NCBI GenBank assembly: GCA_001643675.2
Contig: LSRY02000001.1
Location: forward strand, 248,001 to 312,000
DNA from: Monocercomonoides exilis PA203
Taxonomy: Eukaryota; Protista; Preaxostyla
Direction: 5' to 3'
Length of the DNA stretch: 64,000 bases
The notes beneath the pieces were generated by a model. That model did no database searches. It was not told the origin of the DNA and saw only the letters and a program-made list of their open reading frames with translations. Positions 1-10,695 of this stretch are shown here, piece after piece. The translations under genes were made by a program, and so were the position numbers. The stretch's first letter is position 1. The number at the start of each line of letters is the position of its first letter.

Positions 1-323
1 TTTGCAACCAATCGAATAATAGCCAATGTGCTTCCATCATTAGATGCATTTCCAAGTGATAACGGATATATAAACTTCAGGTACTTGAATGTCACATTTT
101 GCTTACAAGTAAACAGGTCCTTGCTTGAACCAGTATCACCATTTTCCTCAGTGGATGTACAATTTATTTCCACTAACTCAGGAGTCCCATTTCCACTTTG
201 TTTTCCTTGGATCATTAATGAAACGTTTTTATCAAATTCATTCACTCCTGCCACTAACGCGGGCGTATTATTTTCTTGCTTTATAATTGTAATGATGTAT
301 GAACTTGAACTTGTATCACCATT

Positions 324-427
324 AATCAAAGCGCAAGCACTTTGATTTAAAAGAAAACATTCTCTCACTTCCTTCTCTTCTATTTACGAGAGATCATCAC
401 TTAAGGGTCAGTCACGATCACTGATCT
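324..427 (+). repeat. DIRS-A left terminus / left ITR
   Basis: 324-393 is the exact reverse complement of 4663-4732. 363-427 is an inverted repeat of 4936-4999. Confidence 0.93.
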
Positions 428-431
428 AAAA

Positions 432-1271
432 ATGATGATCCCTAACAATCCTCTGGGAACAGGACTTGCGGCCGAACCGAGCGCAGCTGCGCTGCCTGGT
501 GGTCCAACAAGCGGGTTTCCGACATTTCCCGGACCCTTTTCCGCTTCCCAACCTTCTTCTATTTCATCCTCACTCTCCCCACCTTCTACCACCCTTGGCG
601 AAGAAAAAGAAGAAGAAATTACACTGGAAAATTCGTTTCTTAAAATATTTGGTAGAGCACCGGAATTATCGTTATATGATCTTCCATTACCGGAACAGGA
701 GATAAATGACTTGGTTGCTTCGTTGAAGACAGAAGACTTATCCCCTTTCCTCCCTAATGCGCCTCCACCTTTTGTAAGGACTACCAGTCCGTACAAAGAC
801 GCCTTAGATCAAGCAGGAGAAAGATGTGAGACGTTTCTTTACCCCGCAATGAAACTTATTTTATTTGCCCATACGAAAACAAAAGATGATGAAGCTCAGA
901 GTGCCGTAGCGCAAGCATGTTTACTGCTTGCACAAGCCTTGAAAGAAGCCAGAAACGCTCGCATCCAAGCGAGATTTGGATTTACCGAAGCAGCGAGAAT
1001 GAAAGAGGATTCAGCATCACCGCTCCTAACGAAAAGGCAAAGTGATTTATTGGAAGAGGTCAGGAAAACCTCACAATCAACAGCGAAAAGATGGACTTCG
1101 TTCTCATTTAATTCCAAATCCTTTGGCAAAAGCAGATATGGAAAACATGAAAGCTACCAACGCCCTCGGTTTTTTCGTTCGGGTCCCCGGTCGTGGGCAG
1201 GGAGAAAAACCTCAAATACATACCGCAGAAGTCCTTCTCAAACGCGATCCAGGGGAACGGGAACCAACTAA
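432..1271 (+). CDS. DIRS-A ORF1, gag-like protein (279 aa)
   Basis: First ORF after the left ITR, with a Pro/Ser-rich N-terminus, helical core and Arg-rich C-terminus. It overlaps the pol and YR frames, as in DIRS elements. The call rests on position. Confidence 0.75.
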   Translation: MMIPNNPLGTGLAAEPSAAALPGGPTSGFPTFPGPFSASQPSSISSSLSPPSTTLGEEKEEEITLENSFLKIFGRAPELSLYDLPLPEQEINDLVASLKTEDLSPFLPNAPPPFVRTTSPYKDALDQAGERCETFLYPAMKLILFAHTKTKDDEAQSAVAQACLLLAQALKEARNARIQARFGFTEAARMKEDSASPLLTKRQSDLLEEVRKTSQSTAKRWTSFSFNSKSFGKSRYGKHESYQRPRFFRSGPRSWAGRKTSNTYRRSPSQTRSRGTGTN

Positions 1272-4200
1272 GCCAGTCACCTTCAATTGTTGGAGGAAGA
1301 ACGGAATATTTTCGAGAAGCGTGGAGAATGATAGATGGAGAGAAGTTGGTAAAAAGAGGCGTCATTCCAATTTGGAAAAACAGGATAGCCAGGGAGAAAT
1401 TACTAAACTCAAAAATGGAAACATACAGCCCCCATCAATCAGGGGAAGCAACCAAAGCGATGGCAAAGCTGATCCAGAATCAGCTCGAAACGAACATAAT
1501 ACAAAAAATACAGAAAAGAAAGGTGAAACATTTAAATCCAGTGTTTGTGATAAAGAAAAAACAAGGGGGATGGAGACAAATTATCGATTGCAGAGCGTTG
1601 AACAATGCAACGAAGTCAATCCATTTCAAACTGGAGGATTACAGGTCACTAGAACGAATTATAACAAGAGGAGATTATGCAACAACTTTAGACCTAAGCC
1701 AGGCCTACTATTTAGTGAAAGTGGACGACAACTTCAAGCCGTTTCTTGCGTTCGAATTCAACGAAAATTACTACTGTTTCAACGGAATGCCATTTGGATA
1801 CAAAGATTCTCCAAGAATCTTTACAAAAATCATGAGGAAGGTGATACAATTCATCCGGGAGCAATGGAACGTAAGAGCAATCGCGTACCTCGACGATATT
1901 ATTCTTCTTCACCAAGACCAAAAGAAATTAAAATGGATAACTCAGAAAGTCGTTTCTCTTTTCGAAAGCCTTGGTCTTCTGGTAAACACAGAAAAGAGTC
2001 ATTTGATTCCCTCACAAACTTTCACCTATTTGGGTTTCGAGTGGAACACGCACCAGTTCAATGTAGCTCTGGAAATGATGAGAACGAAAGAACTTATAAA
2101 GGAATGTACCAGATGGAGGAGGAGGTCCCTCAGAGCGAAAGAAGTGAGAGTAAGAGACCTTGCAGCGTTCATTGGAAAGCTGAACGCTACAAGGTTCGTG
2201 GTTCGAGAAGCTTCTCTGTTTCTCTCAGATCTTTATCGCACTTTAAACAAAATGGTTTCGATGGTAGGATGGAGAGGGAAGATGAGGATCAACCAGTCCA
2301 TTCTCCCCAATCTAACCAAATGGATATCGAGGTTGAAAACCAACACGCCAAGACAACTATGCCCACTCTTTCTTCCAGATGCAACACTTACGACGGATGC
2401 TTCCAGAAAAGCTGTTGGAGCTTATTTAAGAATCGGAAACAGTATTTTGGATTTTCATCGCAGACTCCCCCTATTGGCAACGAAATCAAAGTTCAAACTA
2501 TCGGGAGATGTTCGCAATTTTGTCAGCTCTAACTCACTTCTCCCCAATTCTGTTATCCAATCGCATCCACAAACTACTTATCAGATCGGACAACTCAACA
2601 TCGGTGTTCAACCTGAACAGGTGGCGGGCAGGAGCGAATTTGAGAAGACTCCTATTGAAGATTTGGAAACAAACGCACACGATGCAGATTCAAGTGAAAG
2701 CGCAACACATCCCCGGTCAAAGAAACGAAAGGGCCGATTCTCTTTCCAGGCTAGAAAGGGGAGGCGACTATCAGATAAAGCAAGAATCCTACAAGGAGCT
2801 TGTAACGAAGATGAGATTGAACATAACGTTGGACGCTTTCGCCACAAAACAAAACAAGAAAGTGAGCAGATGGTGCGGGCCAGGAAGCCCGATAAACGAA
2901 GACGGTCTGCAGCAGCCTTGGCGAGGAGAGACAGTTCTTGCTCATCCTCCAATTCCTCTCATTCTTCCGACAATCAGGAAAATGATTCTCGAACGAGCTC
3001 GAGGTCTTCTCCTTCTTCCCGATTGGAAGGGACAAATATGGGAGCCGTTGTTGAAAAGAACGACCCATATAGAATGGATGTGGAAGAGCCAGAGCGAACT
3101 TCTTACCCCGGGACCATGGATGAAGAGGATGGATGCTTGCCTGCCACCAGGGAAGCTTCGAGTTGTACTGATGAATCCTTAGCGATCAATGGAGAACACT
3201 GGTTCAAAGGAGTTTTGCAAACAAGAGGATTTCCAATGGATATATGTGATCTGTGCAAATCCAGTCTTTCGCCTTCGACGTGGCATGGGTACTTACTCAG
3301 TTATGCTCATTTCGGAGACCAGTGGACAAACTGCGGCTATGGTCTTTCTGTTGGAGATTGGTTCAATTGGGTCGTTAGATGTGCCGATGTTTTCCTTAAG
3401 CTTTTCAACAAGGGGCTGAAGGAGCAATCCCTTTGTAAAATACGATCTGCCATCTCTCTCATTTCTCAATTATTATTCGAGAGAAGTTTGGGAGATTACC
3501 CGCTTATGAAGCTTCTCTTCCGATCATTTAAAAGATTGGAAAGGAGGAAGAAGAAAAATAAGCCTGATATATGGAACCCCAAAATACTTCTTGATTATAT
3601 ATCGGGGCTAGGCGAGAACGCGAACTTATCCTTCACTACTCTCACGAAGAAAACAATTTGTCTTTGCATGCTATTCTCCGCCTGCCGGTTCACCGAGCTC
3701 GAGCGGATCAGTCTGAAACATTCTGCAGTGAGAGAAGATTCAATTGCATTGGATACTTCGCTGAAAACAGGACCCGAAAGAACAGACATTATAATACCGT
3801 TTCTCACAGATACTCCTTCAATATGTCCTGCCTCAGCAGTGTGTGAATTGTGGTCCAGAATAAGCAAACTTCAAGACAACCCTGACCACTTGTTTATTAA
3901 CGATCGCACAAAGATTCCACTTTCCGCAAGAGTGCTGAGAAAACTTGTTGCAAATCTCCTTCACGAGACAGGTATACCGAATTATTTTGGTCCTTACTCG
4001 ATAAAGCATGCTTCAATATCTGCATTGACAATGGCTGGACTACCAATAGCGCAAGTGGCAAAGTTCGCAAGGCTGTCTCCACGAAGCGATACCATTATTA
4101 ATTACTATTTTCAAAAAGATATCGCCACATCCTGTGCGAAAGTGATTGCAGATCAAGCGGCTATTAATGCAACTTCCTCCCAGACCCAGTCATCACCTTT

Positions 4201-4612
4201 AAGTCTGCAAACCCTTCGCAAACCAAAAATTACCTTTGATGACAATTCAAGTTCAGAAGATATTGAGGACTCTTCGTCAACTGACGAAGAGCAAGATGAG
4301 GAGGACTACAGTCTGAACTCAAAGTCTGACAACATCGAGAGCGAAAAAGGAATCAGGATCAGGTTGGAAAAACCTAATCTGCAATATGACAACAAAAGCC
4401 AAACGATCTACAACGACGAAGAAGAACCATCAAAGCCAGACTACGTGGAGGAGCCAGACGAGAACAGTCATAAAGAGTATGAAAGAAGGAATTTTCGTGA
4501 GAAAAGACTAGTTGGAGAAGTTGTCCAGAAGAAAACAATTGAGATAACAATTAAAACCAGAGCGCAAGCCAAACGTGAGCAACTCGAACAATTGCTGAGG
4601 GATGACAAATAA
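1042..4612 (+). pseudogene. DIRS-A ORF3: long overlapping ORF ending in a tyrosine recombinase (same +1 frameshift)
   Basis: ORF 1042..2532 joins the C-terminal part of ORF 1193..4612 if one base near 2467-2490 is removed. YR motifs IWNP, ACRFTEL, SLKT, ICPA, YSIKHA and IINYY are followed by an acidic tail. Confidence 0.85.
1193..3182 (+). pseudogene. DIRS-A ORF2: reverse transcriptase-RNase H-DNA methyltransferase-like, +1 frameshift near 2467-2490
   Basis: RT motifs NPVFVIKKK, RQIIDCRALN, TLDLSQAYY, GMPFG, AYLDD and FTYLG lie in frame 1193, with RNase H start TTDAS. The continuation SSNYREM...RSDN...HIPGQRNERADSLSR and the MT motifs LDAFAT, AHPP and LLLPDWKGQIW lie in frame 2508..3182. Confidence 0.9.
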
Positions 4613-4662
4613 GAGGTCAATCAAATAATAACAACAGCAGAGTATTCTCCCAATTATGGAAC

Positions 4663-4767
4663 TCTCTCGTAAATAGAAGAGAAGGAAGTGAGAGAATGTT
4701 TTCTTTTAAATCAAAGTGCTTGCGCTTTGATTGAAAAAGAAAATGTGAATCTCACTTCCTTCTCTTC
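4663..4767 (+). repeat. DIRS-A internal complementary region (ICR)
   Basis: 4663-4732 is the reverse complement of 324-393, and 4731-4767 is the reverse complement of 4982-5018. The two halves overlap at TT (AA on the other strand). Confidence 0.95.
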
Positions 4768-4935
4768 TTCCGACACTCCCACCCTTATTATAAACAGATT
4801 CTGTTAATGACCCATCTTCCTTCTTCTTCAGGCGTGATATGTAATGAGCGCCATAACATTGTTATGTTTTTTAATGTTTCTATCCTTTTTAGCTATTTCA
4901 CATCACCGTTGTAATCTATTACTATTTTGCATTTC

Positions 4936-5018
4936 AGATCAGTTGGGTGACTGACCCTTAAGTGATGATCTCTCGTAAATAGAAGAGAAGGAAGTGAGAT
5001 TCACATTTTCTTTTTCAA
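4936..5018 (+). repeat. DIRS-A right ITR plus unique terminal extension
   Basis: 4947-4999 is a perfect inverted copy of 363-415. 5000-5018 is matched only by the ICR. Confidence 0.93.
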
Positions 5019-5398
5019 GCTTATCATATGCTCCTTTAATTGAATCCATAGGATTTCCTTCTGTTCCATCTCCACCCGATGATGCTTTACTTTTGACAAA
5101 CTTTTCTTCCACTTTTCCTTCTTCTGAATATATTGAAAGCACAACTTGCAAAAATACTAATTTCAAAAACATTTTCAACTGATGTTCTTTTCTCAATGCA
5201 ATCAAAGATCGACGGACACATTAATTGCACAATCATTATTACCATTTATGGTCTATAACATACTTCGTATTTATTGGTATTTTCGAGTTTGCATAGAATT
5301 ATTGAACTATATTCGAGAACGCGTATTTTCAAATATTGCGTCCAAAAAAATGATTTCAATAATTCTATGCAAACTCGAAAATACAAGACTGTGTGTAA

Positions 5399-8300
5399 AT
5401 GTGTATGTTGCATGCATCAAAAATATCAAGTCGAAAAGGAAAAGTGGAAATTGAAAAGTCATATGAATCAAGAGGAGCATATGATAAGCTTAATGATACA
5501 AGTTCAAGTTCATACATCATTACAATTATAAAGCAAGAAAATAATACGCCCGCGTTAGTGGCAGGAGTGAATGAATTTGATAAAAACGTTTCATTAATGA
5601 TCCAAGGAAAACAAAGTGGAAATGGGACTCCTGAGTTAGTGGAAATAAATTGTACATCCACTGAGGAAAATGGTGATACTGGTTCAAGCAAGGACCTGTT
5701 TACTTGTAAGCAAAATGTGACATTCAAGTACCTGAAGTTTATATATCCGTTATCACTTGGAAATGCATCTAATGATGGAAGCACATTGGCTATTATTCGA
5801 TTGGTTGCAAATTCAGGGGGATCAACTCAAGTGTTGTCTGATCTTTCATTCAAGACAACAAAATCATCTTTCCTCTCACCTAATCTGACAATTAGCACTT
5901 GTCATTTCGAACGCCCAGAAACAGGTGTTGCAAGTATACATCTAGTGAAAGTGGAAGCAGGTGAATTCAACATGGAGGCAGTATCTTGTAAGGATGAAAC
6001 CAATATTGCAAAGTTTTCAGCCACTCCGTTTTTGTTTGAGGGAGCAACAAAAGTTACATTGATTGCATCGACATTGAGTAACATAGAGTCGAGTGCAAGT
6101 GCAGTGGTGAAGATTGTGGGAAATGATAGTGAGAAGATTGAAGTCAATGTCCATGGGTGTACATTTGCCAATTGCATATCAACAGAAAATGGAACTAATG
6201 CCACAAGTGGAGCATTGTATGTTGAAAGTGATCAATCAGATAGCAAATTTAATATTTCAGAAAGTTCACGAATTTCAAATGCAACAACAACATTTAAATC
6301 ATGTGAATGTGCCAATGGGAAATCAGGTGGGATATATCTGAAGATGACAAAAATTGATAGTGCAGAAAAACTGATATGGTCTGAGGAAGATAAATTGACA
6401 GTTAGAGGGTGCAAAGCTGGTTCAGATAAACAGACATTTTTGTATTTGGAAGTGCCTGATGACAAGTTCAAGGAAATTGCCGAAAAGATGAAAAAGAAAT
6501 TCGCTAAAAATTATGTGGAAGGAACAAATGACTGGTTTGTTGCAGCTAAGGGAACAAACAATGATGATATTGATTTTACTGCAGTATATTTTGATCCACA
6601 TGAGGCATATGTTCAAAGTGGAGGAAATGATGACACAGCAGATGGAACAAAAACAAAACCATTTAAAACAATAAAAAAAGCTTATGAATTATTTGCAGAT
6701 TCAAAAGGATCTGGAGAATTTTCCATTAAAATTATGAAAAACGAATCTGGCCAAGCAGTTACAGGGGAAGCTATTACATTCTCAAAAGAGACAGGAATAA
6801 CGATAGAAGGAGTGGTAGAAGCAGAGGAAAATGCAAACGAAGCTGAGACTAAAGTTGAGATTGATTGTAGCAATGTATCTGAAAAGGATTTATTCACCTG
6901 TCAAAAGACAGTGACATTCAAGAATTTGATATTCGATTTCAAATCAACACCTGGACAAGTAACAGATCAATCTGAAGGAAATGAAGGACCATATGCTTTG
7001 ATTCACGCTGATTCAGAATCAACATCTATTGAAATTGACACTTGTGATTTTAAGCAAACAACACCAGCTGCTCATTCAGATGGGATGCTTTCAAATACAG
7101 AGGAAGAAATAAAATTTCATCTTGTGAAAGTGAGTGCAGGAACATTGACAATGAATAATGTCGAATGCACTTCGGAGAACGAAGTGAAATTTTCAGAAAC
7201 ACCATTTTTGGCTGATGGAACAACAACAGCAGTGACAGATGTTTCATTAACATCATTGAATCTGAAGAAGATTACATCAAAAGATAGTGCTGTTATGAAA
7301 ATTGTTGGCAAAACAGACACAGCTATTTCAGTGAAATTGGACGCATGCTCATTCACAGAATGCAAATCGGAAGATGCAACAACAGAAACATGTGGAGCAC
7401 TTTATGTGAAGAGCGAACATGCAGAAAGTACATTCTCTATTGGAAACACTGGTAAAACAACATTTGAAAATTGCACATGTTCAAAAGGGAAATCAGGAGC
7501 AATATGTCTGGAAATGACAGCAATAACCAAAGCAGATGAACTGACATGGCCAGAAACAGGAGATAATTTGGTTTTCACAAGTTGCAAGGTTGAAGAGGCA
7601 GATACAATTTCTAATGCTGAAAAGAACACAGGATTATATTTGGATGTGCCAGTCAGCCTTCACAGAGATATGGCAATAGCGATGAAGCAAAGCTTTGCAT
7701 CTGGATACAAGAAAGGAATGAATAAAAACAATGTTATTGCAAAAGGAGCAGAAGATAACACTGAAGTTGATTTCACAGAAGTGTATTTTGATCCTAATAC
7801 AAATGTGTATGTGAGTGCTACAGCAGACAATGATAGCAATGATGGATTGAGCTATGAAAAGCCAAAGAAAAAGCTGAATTCAGCATACAATTTGCTTGGA
7901 GAGGGTGTTGGAGGAGAAAAGTTCAAGATCAACATCATCAAAACAGAAAATGCACACCAAGCTGCAGCTGTTACACTTGAGAAATTTTCATTGATAACGA
8001 TCGTGGGCGTAACCAAAGCTAATGAAGAAGAATCAGAAACAGAAGTGGAGATCGATTGCAATGTTGAATCAGACAGTCATTTGTTCACATGCAAGAGTGA
8101 AGTTGAGTTCAGAGGAATTTCCTTCATTTTCCCATTGTCATTGGATAAGACAAAGGAATCAAATGCCGATCCACATTCATTGATTGTTGCAGGTGGTGCA
8201 GGTGCTGAGCTGAGTATTGTGAACTGCAAATTTGTGAGACCAGAACCAGATGCACCCAGTAATGATGAAGAAATCGCCATAATCCATCTTGTAAAAGTGA

Positions 8301-9061
8301 CAGAAGGAGAACTTACAATGAGTGGAGTTGAATGCAAGGGCAATAATGAAGTGAAATTCCAAGAATCGTTGTTTGTTATTAGCGAATCCTCTTCAGTCAA
8401 ATTTGATACAGTTGAGATCAACAAAGTGAGTGTGACAGATGGAGCAGTAATCAACATTCTAGACGCCGCTGATAAAGCTTCGACTGTTAAAATAGAAGGG
8501 TTGACCATGAATGAAGTGAAATCATCGAAGGGATTGTCTGCAGGTGTTATGATCAAGATGGCTGATAATGGTTCAAAAGTGGAAATGGGAAGAGAAAAGA
8601 AATGTTCATTCAAATCGTGCGAAGCAGCAAGTGGAAAGGCAGGAGCTATTCTCATTGAAGTGAAAGATGCGGTTGGTAATTTGAAACTTCCGGGTGAAGG
8701 CAAACTTGAGTTAGGTGACAACAAAGGGAAAGATTCATCGGTGGCATCACTGTGCATCATTGCTCCAGACTTTGATAAGTTCAGCCAACAGAAAGACTCC
8801 TTTGAGTTTGCAAAGGATTACAACGATAACAACAAAGGATGGGTTGTGGGGGCAAAAGAAGAAGGCGGTGATCTTGAAGATGTGTATGAGAAATACCTGA
8901 AGCACAAAGAACCGAAAGATGAGCCAGAACCAGAAAGGAAGAAGTCAAATGCGGGAACTGTGGTTGCTATTGTTGTTCCTATTGTGGTTGTGGTGATTGT
9001 GGTGGTTGTTGTGATTATTGCAATTGTTGTTGTCAGGAAGAAAAGGTCTCGGAGCAACTAA
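5399..9061 (+). CDS. Large type I membrane/surface protein with three ~400-aa repeats (beta-helix/pectin-lyase-like)
   Basis: 1220-aa ORF with repeated blocks (YV..GND..DG...P.K...AY, VEIDC...LFTC, HLVKV..G.L.M..V.C, GKSG.I, YFDP). It ends in a TM helix (VVAIVVPIVVVVIVVVVVIIAIVVV) and a basic tail, RKKRSRSN. There is no clear signal peptide at the ORF start. Confidence 0.85.
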   Translation: MCMLHASKISSRKGKVEIEKSYESRGAYDKLNDTSSSSYIITIIKQENNTPALVAGVNEFDKNVSLMIQGKQSGNGTPELVEINCTSTEENGDTGSSKDLFTCKQNVTFKYLKFIYPLSLGNASNDGSTLAIIRLVANSGGSTQVLSDLSFKTTKSSFLSPNLTISTCHFERPETGVASIHLVKVEAGEFNMEAVSCKDETNIAKFSATPFLFEGATKVTLIASTLSNIESSASAVVKIVGNDSEKIEVNVHGCTFANCISTENGTNATSGALYVESDQSDSKFNISESSRISNATTTFKSCECANGKSGGIYLKMTKIDSAEKLIWSEEDKLTVRGCKAGSDKQTFLYLEVPDDKFKEIAEKMKKKFAKNYVEGTNDWFVAAKGTNNDDIDFTAVYFDPHEAYVQSGGNDDTADGTKTKPFKTIKKAYELFADSKGSGEFSIKIMKNESGQAVTGEAITFSKETGITIEGVVEAEENANEAETKVEIDCSNVSEKDLFTCQKTVTFKNLIFDFKSTPGQVTDQSEGNEGPYALIHADSESTSIEIDTCDFKQTTPAAHSDGMLSNTEEEIKFHLVKVSAGTLTMNNVECTSENEVKFSETPFLADGTTTAVTDVSLTSLNLKKITSKDSAVMKIVGKTDTAISVKLDACSFTECKSEDATTETCGALYVKSEHAESTFSIGNTGKTTFENCTCSKGKSGAICLEMTAITKADELTWPETGDNLVFTSCKVEEADTISNAEKNTGLYLDVPVSLHRDMAIAMKQSFASGYKKGMNKNNVIAKGAEDNTEVDFTEVYFDPNTNVYVSATADNDSNDGLSYEKPKKKLNSAYNLLGEGVGGEKFKINIIKTENAHQAAAVTLEKFSLITIVGVTKANEEESETEVEIDCNVESDSHLFTCKSEVEFRGISFIFPLSLDKTKESNADPHSLIVAGGAGAELSIVNCKFVRPEPDAPSNDEEIAIIHLVKVTEGELTMSGVECKGNNEVKFQESLFVISESSSVKFDTVEINKVSVTDGAVINILDAADKASTVKIEGLTMNEVKSSKGLSAGVMIKMADNGSKVEMGREKKCSFKSCEAASGKAGAILIEVKDAVGNLKLPGEGKLELGDNKGKDSSVASLCIIAPDFDKFSQQKDSFEFAKDYNDNNKGWVVGAKEEGGDLEDVYEKYLKHKEPKDEPEPERKKSNAGTVVAIVVPIVVVVIVVVVVIIAIVVVRKKRSRSN

Positions 9062-10629
9062 AAAATGGAGGAGTGAAATCAATAATTGTTGTTGATGCAT
9101 ATTGACAAAGAAAAGTTACATGCTTATTGTTTTTTCTATTTTGATTTTATTCATAAGTTAAACCAGTTAAGCTGATGTTTTGTATTTTTATTGATATGCT
9201 TGTTTGTTGTCACCAAATGAGCAATATTTTCAATTTTTCCTTCTTTAGTTATCTTTTCTTTTGCTTTTTTATTTTCTAGTTTTATTATATATTACATTTT
9301 CTGGCGCAATGCCATACACTATTTTCATCGTTGAGGCTGTTATCAGTCTCGATAAATATATTAGGATATAATTTGTGTATATTTTGGAATATTCAAGTAG
9401 GTCAAATTGTGAACAAGATCGAGAACTTGTGTTATTGTTTCATTTTTGAAATAGTCCTTCACTATTCTTTAAAAACAGTTGATCATATTAGAATGTTGAT
9501 ACTGAATATTAAAAAGAATATAACATTAGATTAATATATTTCCAAAAAATATAAAGATGAAATAAAGAGTGGTGATGGAGTGAAAGAAGATAAAGAATAA
9601 GAAAAAGATGATGATGATAATTGTATTGATATATCCATTTTAATCTCTCTTATATCTTTTTGTGTTTTGTATTCTTTTGATTCTCTTGCTTTGTGTGTTT
9701 GGAATAGAATCTGCTTATCTTTATCATTTCCATTGTTATTTATTGTTTCATTTGAATACAACATGTTTTTGCTACTATTCCACATATTCTTTACACTTCT
9801 TCATTTTGAAAGAGATAAATGACAAAAATCACGACTTTTTGAATTAAATATAGAATGAGATTGAAAAAGTGAAGGGAAAAGAAGCAGCAAATAAGAACAG
9901 GTGGAAAAGGAAGAGAACAAAGCGAAACAAAAAAGATATTGTTGTTATCGTTGTTGCATATGCATTTGATTCATATCATCGCAAATGATACGAGGTATGT
10001 CATCTTTCTCATTATTTTCCTTGTCAGAATCGTGATTATTCACATTGCAATATGACAGAGATGGATGGTTATGACTTTTCGCATTTGTGGTAGAAGAAGA
10101 GAAGCAAGAATGCTATATATGGAGATACAGGCTAGTGGAAGACATACAATGTTGCATTCAGTCAAATTTACCCATTCATTTTCCATTTCTCTTCTTCTTC
10201 AATAAGTTTATGAATCATTCAGAAATTATTGGAGAAAAAAAGTTTGAAGAGAAAACTATTGTGTTGCCAATTCAAAATTTTGCTTTTTATCCATCGAATT
10301 TTGTATGTTGTGGCATTAGGATCACATCAGGTTAGACAGTGGCATTATAAGTTCATTTTTGGTAGATTTGTTTTCTTCGAAAAAGCATGCGCATAATGCA
10401 TTTTTTCATTCCAAAGGGAGATAATAAACAAATCGGTGAAAGCTGAAAACAAATAAAGAGTAATACTTGTTTAAGCAATTTTTGAGATATTATAACAAAA
10501 ACAGTCAAAACTGGAAATAATCACGTAGAATATAATCGCATTCTTTCAATGTTACATTTTTCGATGCACTGACATTTTTGATTTAGTTTTCCATCATTTT
10601 CCGTCACATATAATCACATGGCTGTAAAT

Positions 10630-10692
10630 ATATGGGTGATTATTTTTGATATCATATCTTTTTTCGGGGTTTTGATTTTTTAAAGATTGAAA
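10630..10692 (-). repeat. End fragment of the TATGGGTGATT MITE family
   Basis: Approximate reverse complement of 50465-50526. Confidence 0.6.
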
Positions 10693-10695
10693 GTT

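Larger units (their letters stand above)
324..5018 (+). mobile_element. DIRS1-like tyrosine-recombinase retrotransposon (DIRS-A), full length
   Basis: Gag-like ORF, RT (YLDD), RNase H (TDAS...SDN...NERADSLSR), MT-like domain and YR domain. ITR 363-415 vs 4947-4999 is a perfect 53 bp. ICR 4663-4767 is the reverse complement of both termini. No classical TSD; the flanks rejoin into an intact host reading frame. Confidence 0.95.
1..5172 (-). pseudogene. Surface-protein paralogue interrupted by DIRS-A (continues past the window start)
   Basis: From ATG at 5172 it reads MFLKLVFLQVVLSIYSEE...DGTEGNPMDSIKGAYDKL (5172-5017). This joins in frame to NGDTSSSSYIITIIKQ... (323-1). 1-318 is the reverse complement of 5494-5811. 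Confidence 0.88.

Noticed and set aside
1193-4612. 1139-aa RT-integrase fusion as a novel enzyme
   Set aside because: Best explained by a single-base frameshift between the normal overlapping DIRS ORFs; the missing RNase H/MT half lies in the adjacent frame.
8077-8760. Long antisense ORFs (also 13740-14608, 16405-16977, 25184-25807, 61652-62233)
   Set aside because: They are shadows of real genes on the opposite strand and carry no independent motifs.
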